Assembly: GCA_965205425.1 (NCBI GenBank)
Contig: CBDBGZ010000004.1
Location: 128,001-192,000, forward strand
Length of the DNA stretch: 64,000 nt
DNA from: Nitrosopumilus sp.
GTDB taxonomy: Archaea > Thermoproteota > Nitrososphaeria > Nitrososphaerales > Nitrosopumilaceae
Direction: 5' to 3'
The notes below the pieces were generated by a model. That model was given only the letters and a program-made list of their open reading frames with translations, was not told the origin of the DNA and did no database searches. Below, in pieces: positions 55,114 through 64,000 of this stretch (position 1 is its first letter; every line of letters starts with the position of its first letter). The position numbers and the translations under genes were made by a program.

Positions 55114-55569
55114 TTGGTCATAAACAGCACATGTCCTAACTGCAAAGGAACCGGAATCTTTGAGACCTGTACTGAATGCGGTACAAGCAAACACCATGAT
55201 GCAAGATGCGAGTATTGTGCAGTCAAAGGCCATGAGCAGAGCATACAGCAAGGAAAAGACTGCATGATGTGCGGCGGATGGGGCAGGATACACAAATCCC
55301 AAAGTATGGAGATGCGAGATGCAGAAAAGGAAAACAGGGTTCCAATATGCATCGCATGCAATCACGAGGTACGCTCCATAATACAGACACAGTACGAGTA
55401 CATCGACTGGAGTTATTCTAAGAACTCAAAGAGTTATGTGAAAGGAGGATATGACGGTGATTCAGAAAAACCAGTGCATGACTGCAAAGAAAAAGGATGT
55501 GCATGTGAGTATCAGACGTGGGACTTTCTAGATGAGAACTCTGAATGTGATTTGGGGGTGGCATTCTAA
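55114..55569 (+). CDS. Cys-rich Zn-finger protein (CxxCxGxG repeats)
   Basis: CPNCKGTG and CMMCGGWG motifs. Confidence 0.65.
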   Translation: MVINSTCPNCKGTGIFETCTECGTSKHHDARCEYCAVKGHEQSIQQGKDCMMCGGWGRIHKSQSMEMRDAEKENRVPICIACNHEVRSIIQTQYEYIDWSYSKNSKSYVKGGYDGDSEKPVHDCKEKGCACEYQTWDFLDENSECDLGVAF

Positions 55570-55883
55570 TGTCTGAAGAAGGATTTGAGACTATAGCCCA
55601 GATGAAACTCCGACATCTTCCAAATGATGCAGAGCTAATGATACAAAGACAGAAAGGCTCCATGATACCTGATGACAAGGTACAGTTCGGACTGCCATCT
55701 ACATTTGTAAACCAGGACAACGGACAAACAGTATGGAATAGAGGACCATCAATCCAGCTCGAACAGATACCAGAGTTAATTCAGATGCTGCAAAAGGCAT
55801 ACGAGAAATATTCTAAAAAGAAATACTCTGATGCAAAGTCTGAAAGAACGCACACCTTTGCAGACATTTACGAAAATGACTGA
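55569..55883 (+). CDS. Hypothetical protein (possible PC4-like ssDNA-binding fold)
   Basis: 104-aa coupled ORF; RGPSIQLEQIPELIQML. Confidence 0.55.
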   Translation: MSEEGFETIAQMKLRHLPNDAELMIQRQKGSMIPDDKVQFGLPSTFVNQDNGQTVWNRGPSIQLEQIPELIQMLQKAYEKYSKKKYSDAKSERTHTFADIYEND

Positions 55884-56052
55884 TGCAAAGCGTCCTGCAA
55901 GGATACAATGTCTGATGGAAAAACATCATTAGGCAATGCCCGGGATAGCATCAGGCAGAGAAAGCACAAAAGAGCACTCAAAAAGGTTAGACAGGAATTA
56001 AACCGCATTCTTGATTCCTAATCTTTTTTTAGGATGCAAAAATAGAATAGAC

Positions 56053-56298
56053 ATGTCTGAGACAAAAACCCTCAATCCTTTTGAGCATCTTCCAGAAGAC
56101 AAGCTGGAGATAATCAGAAAGGATTTTGAGCAAAACAACTACAGATCAGATACTTTTGAGGAACATCTAAAGTCATTGCATGAAGATGATATGATTCCAG
56201 AAGAAGTACTAGATATAATCGAGGTCAGAAAAAGCAAGGATTGGAAGACATTTTCCTCAGCTGAAGAATTGTTAGAAGAATTACATAGAGATGACTAG
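56053..56298 (+). CDS. Putative antitoxin
   Basis: Acidic, FSSAEELLEEL tail; overlaps the toxin gene. Confidence 0.7.
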   Translation: MSETKTLNPFEHLPEDKLEIIRKDFEQNNYRSDTFEEHLKSLHEDDMIPEEVLDIIEVRKSKDWKTFSSAEELLEELHRDD

Positions 56299-56560
56299 CT
56301 GGAAGATAAAAAAAGAAAATACTTTCAAAAAACAATACAAAAACATTGGACACAATAGACAGTCTATTGCAGATAAAGCAATTCTAGAACTTGCAGCATC
56401 TTCAAATCCTGCAAATCTTGGAAAATACAAACAAAGCAACAAAGTCTTTGCATATGAACTTGGAAAAAATGATCGCCTAATCTACACCTTGGATTATTTT
56501 CACAATGAGATAATCCTACTTCGAGTGTGTGACCACAAGTCAGTCTATGGCAAAGACTAG
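56291..56560 (+). CDS. RelE/ParE/YafQ-like toxin
   Basis: FKKQYK...DRLIY...LLRVCDHKSVY. Confidence 0.75.
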   Translation: MTSWKIKKENTFKKQYKNIGHNRQSIADKAILELAASSNPANLGKYKQSNKVFAYELGKNDRLIYTLDYFHNEIILLRVCDHKSVYGKD

Positions 56561-56783
56561 ACAAAACAAATTTTTTGAACAAAACGCCTGGAACTCATAG
56601 CATTTCTAAGATAATTATCTTTAGAATCAAATGAGTTTTGGTACAGAAAATCAAAACAGATTTTCAACATTATTCCTGAGAATTACAAGTAAAATATCTC
56701 AAAGAGATATTCTGAAAGTAATTCTCATATGGGAACCGTTCTACTGAAAACGTTATTTCAGAATAACAGGAGGTTGAGCCTTT

Positions 56784-57653
56784 ATGGTCCAACAAACAAT
56801 ACAAAAAACAAAAGAAAAACAGATGAATCAATCAAAACAGATTCTAGAAAAACTAGTAAAAAGTTTTGAAAATCCAGAACTGTTACAAAATGCAATCCTC
56901 AAAACATTTCTGGACCCGATTGATGTGCCGCAAAACAGGTATTCCAGAGCAAACAGAATACTACTTGCAATCCAAGGCGCATATGATGCAAGAGGAAGTG
57001 CCACATGGAGGCAACTAAACCGCTTTCCACTGGATTGGTCAAAAAAAGTGTTCATCATGATGCCAAGAACACAGAGAATCAAAAACAGCGACAAAGACGA
57101 GAAAGACAACAAAGAAGAGAAAACAATAACTGCAGGATTTTTCTTCAAGGGTCTGTATGATGCAGAGAACACATACGGTACGGGAAAAAACTCCAAGATA
57201 GAATATGTGAAAAATCCACCAAGGACACTGCCACCACTAAGTGATGTCGCAGAGAAATGGGGAGTCAAAATACAATACCAGGTAAGACCCGATGCATGGG
57301 GATCATATGATCCAGCAAACAACAAAATCCAGCTAAGCACAGACAATGCAGGGACATTCTTTCACGAGTTAGCACACAAGGCACATGAGAAAATTGATGG
57401 AAAACTCAAAGGAGGTCAAGACCCACAACAAGAGGCAATTGCCCAGCTAAGTGCAGGAGTGTTGTCTCAAATGTATGATCATACCATTGATCTTGAGACA
57501 TTTGAGTACATCAAAGAATACACTCATGATGATCCAGAAAAAGCAATGCAGTTAATCCGCAAAGTATTGCACAAGACAGGCCAGGTTCTGGAACTGATTC
57601 TTGAAACTACATCATACCAAAAAACAGATGCAGTCAAGGAGGGCGTAAAGTGA
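56784..57653 (+). CDS. ArdC-like antirestriction protein (ssDNA-binding domain plus zincin)
   Basis: YSRANRILL..Q..ARG..W..LNR N-domain; HELAH...EAIA zincin motif. Confidence 0.7.
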   Translation: MVQQTIQKTKEKQMNQSKQILEKLVKSFENPELLQNAILKTFLDPIDVPQNRYSRANRILLAIQGAYDARGSATWRQLNRFPLDWSKKVFIMMPRTQRIKNSDKDEKDNKEEKTITAGFFFKGLYDAENTYGTGKNSKIEYVKNPPRTLPPLSDVAEKWGVKIQYQVRPDAWGSYDPANNKIQLSTDNAGTFFHELAHKAHEKIDGKLKGGQDPQQEAIAQLSAGVLSQMYDHTIDLETFEYIKEYTHDDPEKAMQLIRKVLHKTGQVLELILETTSYQKTDAVKEGVK

Positions 57654-57722
57654 TGAAAAGCATGCTGCCAAAGGCATTTCTCACAAACTGGAACAAAAAG
57701 AAATGATTCAGCCGGACTTTTA

Positions 57723-58091
57723 TTGCTGATGACAGTCGGAACAGAACTGCTAGGCAACATCTTTGATGTCCTGATACATAACAACTCCAAGCAAAAGATT
57801 CTCAGACGTCTGTACTGCGAATCAGGCCATCCGGCAGCAAAGGCATATGGATTTGTCAATGGCACCACCAGAGCAAAACTGGAGCTAATAATTCCAAAGT
57901 GCAAAGACTGCAAGCATCAAAAACTAAGACATATCACCATGGTGCTAGTCTTTGAGGAGCTTGCACGTCTCAACAAATCCAATTTGCTAGGAGAGTTGCA
58001 TAGACAGATAGGCGGACCTGCAAAATACGCATCCAATCTATGCTGCAAAAAAACACAGGAAATGATCCAAGAAAAAGGATCATTCAAGTGA
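57723..58091 (+). CDS. Hypothetical Cys-containing protein
   Basis: 122-aa ORF; start uncertain. Confidence 0.45.
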   Translation: MLMTVGTELLGNIFDVLIHNNSKQKILRRLYCESGHPAAKAYGFVNGTTRAKLELIIPKCKDCKHQKLRHITMVLVFEELARLNKSNLLGELHRQIGGPAKYASNLCCKKTQEMIQEKGSFK

Positions 58092-58951
58092 AAGAAAAAT
58101 CACTTTATAAAAAAACAAACTATTAGGGAAATCCCCCTGATGATTCAGTGATGTATGAAATGATCCTCAATACGAGGTGTTATGCATCACTGTTGCTCAA
58201 TTGTACCGTTCCACAGGAACTGTACTGTTGGGTTGGCTTTATCGCTAGTCGGTATTGCCGAAACCACAAAACGTCTCATCTCAACAAGAGATGATTCTAT
58301 ACAGTACTGTACGATACGTACAATACTGTGAATTGTGGTTGGGGAAAAATAAACAATTCAAATAAAGTATCTCATCCCCCATTCAAAGATGAATCTTTGA
58401 TGTGTTTATGCAAGACATACAGGCTATGTTCTGATGAATACGACTCATAATGTATTTGGTGAAAACCAATCATAGGGGTATCCTGCAATTGGGCAATCAT
58501 TTGTTGTTGTGGCGTTAGCTGGAAATTACAGCTGGAAATTATAGCCAAAGATTGTATTCCCAGTAGATCCTAAATGTTATTTATGGGATATTCCAAATAA
58601 TGAATTATCTTTGTGAAGAGAGTGGCCCAGACCTATAGTAACAGTCGCCTCTTCTGAAGAGAGAAATTAACAATATACAATGAATAATTCTCTCAATCTT
58701 TACATCATTTCAAATCACCATCTAAAACCCACATATATCACATGGAACTATATTGGTAATGTCACTGGCTAGATTAGGGAAATATCCAATACCCTCAAAC
58801 AGATTTTACATTGTATTGTCATGGTTATTTGATGCCAGTGGCAAATGACTCTAAAAAATAACTTGTACCAAACGTTTGGCAAAAGTTACATCCAAAGAAG
58901 GACGATGATGATTTCTGCCCTTTAAATTCAATTTTTCCCATGATATAATGT

Positions 58952-59347
58952 ATGTCAAAACTCCAGGTATTCTGTAAAACAAAAAAGGAAATCTATGGCA
59001 TACAAAGACATGACTCGTATAATGTTGTAATCCCCTACAGAACAGCAGAGGATATGCATGTACAAGACGGCATGGTATTGCACGCTACGGCATCAGAAAA
59101 AACTGGTACGATACGACTGCACAAAAAGGAATTAAAAGATTCCACTCCAGTCAAAATCAGACAGAGGTTAACCAAAGTGTACAAGAATCAAAGATACCAT
59201 TCCACAAGGATTACCATACCGATTCACATCGTAAGGCAATTGCACCTGCAAAAAAATGACGAACTAGACATTGACTGCAGAGCTGGTACCATAATCATAA
59301 AGTCAAGGACAAAAGACAAGAGAAGACCAAGGGCGACATACTCGTAA
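58952..59347 (+). CDS. Double AbrB/SpoVT-domain regulator
   Basis: VVIPY...MHVQDG and RITIPIHIVRQLHLQKND motifs. Confidence 0.75.
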   Translation: MSKLQVFCKTKKEIYGIQRHDSYNVVIPYRTAEDMHVQDGMVLHATASEKTGTIRLHKKELKDSTPVKIRQRLTKVYKNQRYHSTRITIPIHIVRQLHLQKNDELDIDCRAGTIIIKSRTKDKRRPRATYS

Positions 59348-59420
59348 TTAGTCACCTGTGCAAAGTTACAACAGAGAATTCAGCAGGTATGCTTTTATGA
59401 TATGGTAATATCAAAGCCAC

Positions 59421-60401
59421 ATGAAACTAGGCGCAGTCCTTGCAGGTATAATATTTGCAGTTGTTTTGATTACAAGTGTTGCAATCCCTGCACATGCCGA
59501 ATATCTCTCACCCAAAAAACAGCTAGAATCAGGAGTATTACCTGAGGATATACAGTGTAATGAAGACAAAATATTGATAATTAGGGATAATGGTAAAATG
59601 GCCTGTGTCTCACCATCAACTGCAGAGAAAAAGCTCTGGAACATCATACAGACAGAATTCATGCCAGAAATGATTCCATCAGAAAAAGACACTATCGATA
59701 CTCCAATAGAATCTACAACCATCACACTAAGTGTCACATCTGATACAGAGTTTGCAGATGATAAACGAGAGATAAAACGATCCATACTACAACGAGCACC
59801 TGCACCATGGCCAATGTATGATAAAATCATAAACAGTACCACAGGTTTGATAGTTCCAGGACCTGCCGGAGCATTAGGTCTGCAAACAACTCCACACGAG
59901 AAATATTCTCTAAATCACAAAGTTGGATTATATCTAGAAGACTGGATGCCAACACACATTCCAGAGGGTCAAAAATTACTATACGCAGATACTGATTACA
60001 ATGCTTTTGAGGTAAATGGAAGAGACTATGAGAGTCACAATGCAATTTACCAGTTTGTTCCAACATCATTTGTTTTGAATCCTGGCATAAACAGTCATGA
60101 CTTGAAAGTGTCGCAAGGATTTACAGTCAATATAAAACACAGAACATTACCATTTGATTCTGTAGAAGATGGTATTGAGTATCTTAAGGAAATTGATGAA
60201 ATACAACCAGGTAGTTATGGTGGTTATCGTGATATGACTCGTGATGGGAAAACAGTGTCGGCATTTGAAGGTGGAAATGATCTAAATCACTATCAAGCAA
60301 CAGTCTACTTTCAACCAGATGAAAATACTAGTATAGGTATCCATTCAAATTACCACACACTGGATGAACTAATTCCTGTTTTTAACAGCATAATGAAATG
60401 A
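59421..60401 (+). CDS. Exported hypothetical protein
   Basis: Signal peptide; SPKKQLESGV...C...ACV..TAEK domain. Confidence 0.75.
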   Translation: MKLGAVLAGIIFAVVLITSVAIPAHAEYLSPKKQLESGVLPEDIQCNEDKILIIRDNGKMACVSPSTAEKKLWNIIQTEFMPEMIPSEKDTIDTPIESTTITLSVTSDTEFADDKREIKRSILQRAPAPWPMYDKIINSTTGLIVPGPAGALGLQTTPHEKYSLNHKVGLYLEDWMPTHIPEGQKLLYADTDYNAFEVNGRDYESHNAIYQFVPTSFVLNPGINSHDLKVSQGFTVNIKHRTLPFDSVEDGIEYLKEIDEIQPGSYGGYRDMTRDGKTVSAFEGGNDLNHYQATVYFQPDENTSIGIHSNYHTLDELIPVFNSIMK

Positions 60402-63370
60402 TGATTAGACTCTTAATTTTATCTGCAATTATTTTTGCATTGGGTGTGACATCACTTGGTCAGGATGCCTTTGGAATACTGGGATGCGATGATCCCCACT
60501 GCTATGCATTATCTCAATCAAGCAGATCCTCACCTGTTGATGGCATCAGATACACATTGGATTCTCCGGATTTGTACGTTGATAGAAATCAATGTGTCAA
60601 CATTGCAGTTTCAACAGGTTGGCTAATCACAACAACAGGTGAATGGATAGAAAGCGGCGTTACAAAAGGCCATGTTGAAAATGTTGGCTGCGTTACAAAA
60701 TTAAGCACATATTATGCATTTAATAATGTTGTAAACAACAATGATCATTACCAAGAATACCTAGTACCAAACGGAAGAATAGATCCTGGGGATGACATTA
60801 ATATCGAAATCAAGAGATCAGCATTGCAGCCAAAAAGCTCAATTCAGGTCTTTGTAACAACGCCTGACTATTCCAGTCAATTTCCAACAGCACAAATCAG
60901 CATGAATCCTGAAAATACATACTATACCGATTACGGAATAGAGGGAACAATTTCGGCTACCGATGAGTATTCCTCAATTCCAATGAGCAAGTTTACTGAC
61001 ATGAAGATAAGACAAAACGATTCATGGTTGAATTTGCCATCTAGTGCAACTGTGATCACTTTGAACACAATTGATGCTCTTTATGTCACAAGTACTGCTG
61101 AGGGATATATCGGTAAGAAATGTGGAAACAACTCATTTATTGCAGGAACCGTACTGTCCCTTGACTGCAACAACATAGCTACAAGAAACCAGATTCCAAC
61201 TCCTGAAAATATCATAGTTAACACAAACACAAAGAGACCGTACACCATACATCTAAACGCAGTAGACACAGACAAGGACTATCTCACATATAATTTGGTA
61301 GAGCATCCAACAAACGGAAAACTAAACCATACAAATAAAGCAAATGATTTGATCAACACAGATGGGGACTCTTCCCAGTTCATCTACACACCAGCTAGTT
61401 CCACTCCGGAATCGGATACCATAAGATACTCTGTAACTGATAAAAGACTTGGACACACAAGGGAGGGATTAATAACAATTATGGGACCAACCCCTGCAAA
61501 TACGGTACCAAGCATAGTAGATGACTTTGCATTTGCATTGACAGGAAATACCATCCACTTTACATGGACTCATCCTAACAATGGTGGTTCAGACATTACA
61601 TCTTATCAGGTAGAGAGATCAAGGGATTCTATAGTATGGGCATTACATGGCATCCATTCTGAAACTACAACAAGCTTTGATTATACCAGGTAGCCAGGAT
61701 ATGACCAATACTTTAGAATATTTGCAAATAATGACATTGGAGCATCAGCACCATCAAATGTTTTACATGTGTACATCCCAGATACGACACCGCCTAACAT
61801 CACAATACAAAAACCAAGGACTGGCTCCACCATCATTATCCCTGATGTGACAGTATCAGGAAGCATCTATGAAGGCATGAGCTCAGGCATTGAGAACATT
61901 AGAATTGCAGTTGATGGCACCACCAGCACCACACCAATAACTACTACAATACTGGCCCAAGATACAACTGTAAACTTTGAATCTGTACTAACCGGACTGA
62001 CAAATGGCATCCACACCATAACAGCTTCTGCAGAAAACCAAGACGGACTGCGAGGTACTGACAGCACAACTATAACAGTTGATGCGCCAGTTCCAAAGAC
62101 TGTGACCTCTTTCTCAGATGACTTTGAGGGAACAATGTCCCAATGGAATCTATCTACAGAAGATGACGAATACTGGAGTATCAGAGATTCTCCTATTGTT
62201 ATGATACCTGACTCTGCACCTGCAAACAAGGTTGCAGGAACTGAGGACTGTGACGATGTATGTGTCATGAGCATGGTTGATAATGTAGATCTAACACAGA
62301 TGGAGTCGCCAACACTAAGCTTTTACAGGTTTGTTGGAACAGGCGCTGACATTAGAGACCAAGAGGGAATTGTATCATACGTCTCAACAAACGGAGGAGA
62401 CACGTGGAGGATACTTGAGCGATTCACTGCCGATGAATCCGAAGATGACGGAATATGGCACAAGGAAAAATATGACCTGAGTGCATATTCTACCAGTGCA
62501 CAGTTTAAGGTAAGATTTGATGCAGTCTCAAGTTCTAACAGTGAGGATACTGAACTTGATGATGTTGTCATTTATGACGCAGACAGACTTGCAGACACTA
62601 CACCTCCAGTAATCATGCCACCTGATGATAAAATAATCAATGCTACGGCAAAACTCACACCAGTTACTCTGTCTCAGTTAGGAGTAGCAACAGCTATAGA
62701 TAATATCGATTCAACTGTGAGAGTTACAAATGACATCCCATCATTATTCCCACTTGGCATTACCACAATAACATACACAGCTACTGATAATGCTGGAAAT
62801 ACTGCAAATGCCACACAATCAGTAATTGTTGTAGATACAACCCCTCCGGTATTTACAGGCGTATCTGAGGATATCATTTCAGGAAATGATCTGGCATTTC
62901 CAATAGATTATCTCAAACCCACTGCAACTGATAGTGTAGATGAGGACGTATCAATGAGTTGCAATCCATCTAACATACACAATACAGGACAAACCACCAT
63001 CTATTGTATTGCAACTGATGACTCGGGCAACTCTGCTGAGACCTCATTTGAAATAACAGTTCCACAAGATTCAATATTTACACTAGAATCAATTACAACT
63101 GATTCGTGCAGTGTACAGGTTCAGCTTGGCACCACAGTAGAATTCTCACTTGAGCAATGCAATTCAGAGTATGCTGGAATAACATACAGCTCTATCCCAC
63201 GCCACATGTATTACGGTTCAGTAGCAATATCTCATGATGGTACGACACTACTCATTACAGCACCAGACTCTGCAGAGTCCCATTTACATGCAGATGAATT
63301 TGGAGTAACAATTAATCATACGGCATACAACCAGCCAAGAGTCGATGTTTCAGTGATATACTATGAATAG
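60398..63370 (+). pseudogene. ~990-aa surface protein (Ig/FN3/HYR-like domains) with one in-frame TAG at 61691
   Basis: ORFs 60398-61693 and 61769-63370 share a frame; the FN3 sequence continues through the stop. Confidence 0.75.
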
Positions 63371-63418
63371 TAATACCTCATAACCGTTTACACACAACAA
63401 ATACCAAAACTATCCAGA

Positions 63419-64000
63419 AGACCTCTTGCGTAATTACAAACAAAATCTTATCTTTCATTGAATTTAATTTCAAATAATTTCTAATCTTATGGAATCACAA
63501 CAAACTCTTGTTTCCATCTTGTCTTGAAATTCACAATTCCACATACGATGTCACTTATTGCATCATATCTGCACAATCTATTCCTAAATGTCTCAGAATT
63601 AATCCTAAACTTTTTGATTTGAGAGATAATATGTTCTACTTTTATTCGGATTCTTGACTGTATCTTGTTCCATTCCTTTTGATGTATGGTCAGTTTTTTT
63701 CCTTTCTTTTTCTTGTATGGTAGAATGCTTGTCTGTTCTGGAAAATCTTTTTCCACTCCCAAATACCCAAGGTCATAAAATATCATCACATCTTCGTGTA
63801 GTGTAGGATACTTTATTTTCAGTATGGCATAATCATGTTTTTTACCTGGAGAATGTGGGGGTTTGTGGATTATCTCACCTTTCTGGTTTATGGTGATTTG
63901 GTTTTTTATTGTGTGTTTTTTCTTTTTGCCTGAATAGTGAGTCTTTCTTTTCTTTTTGTTCTGGGGTCTTGGGATTTGCTGCTCTGTCCCATCAGTCATT
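63419..64000 (-). mobile_element. IS5-family (ISL2-like, DDE_Tnp_4) element, partial
   Basis: DGTEQ, YSGKKK, DLGY and RIKVEH motifs; end AGACCTCTTGCGTAATTA. Confidence 0.85.

Noticed and set aside
2038..62877. Many short antisense or overlapping ORFs in the track (e.g. 2038-2241, 27707-28111, 56828-57346, 61867-62274)
   Set aside because: They are shadows of well-supported genes and carry no recognisable motifs.

Overview
AT-rich ammonia-oxidising archaeal DNA (Nitrosopumilaceae-like, inferred from gene content). Core-type genes (purF/L/Q/S/P, tatC/tatA, ubiX, egtB, proS, Trk-CBS) are interleaved with at least 14 IS copies or relics (IS481, IS5, ISH3, IS1595, IS630). There is also a tyrosine integrase locus hit by three IS, R-M fragments, two protein toxin-antitoxin pairs and a plasmid/ICE-like gene run with an ArdC-like gene. 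Swapped target-site duplications point to three IS-mediated inversions (or mis-joins at repeats). The most novel candidate is at 37764-38126: two tandem modules, each with a tRNA-like gene. The two tRNA bodies are nearly identical and carry alanine identity (G3:U70, A73) but have different non-Ala anticodons (AAG, GAA). Each is paired with a divergent ~43-nt putative antisense RNA that matches only its own anticodon arm. This suggests an all-RNA toxin-antitoxin system built on mistranslating tRNAs; the function is inferred, not shown.
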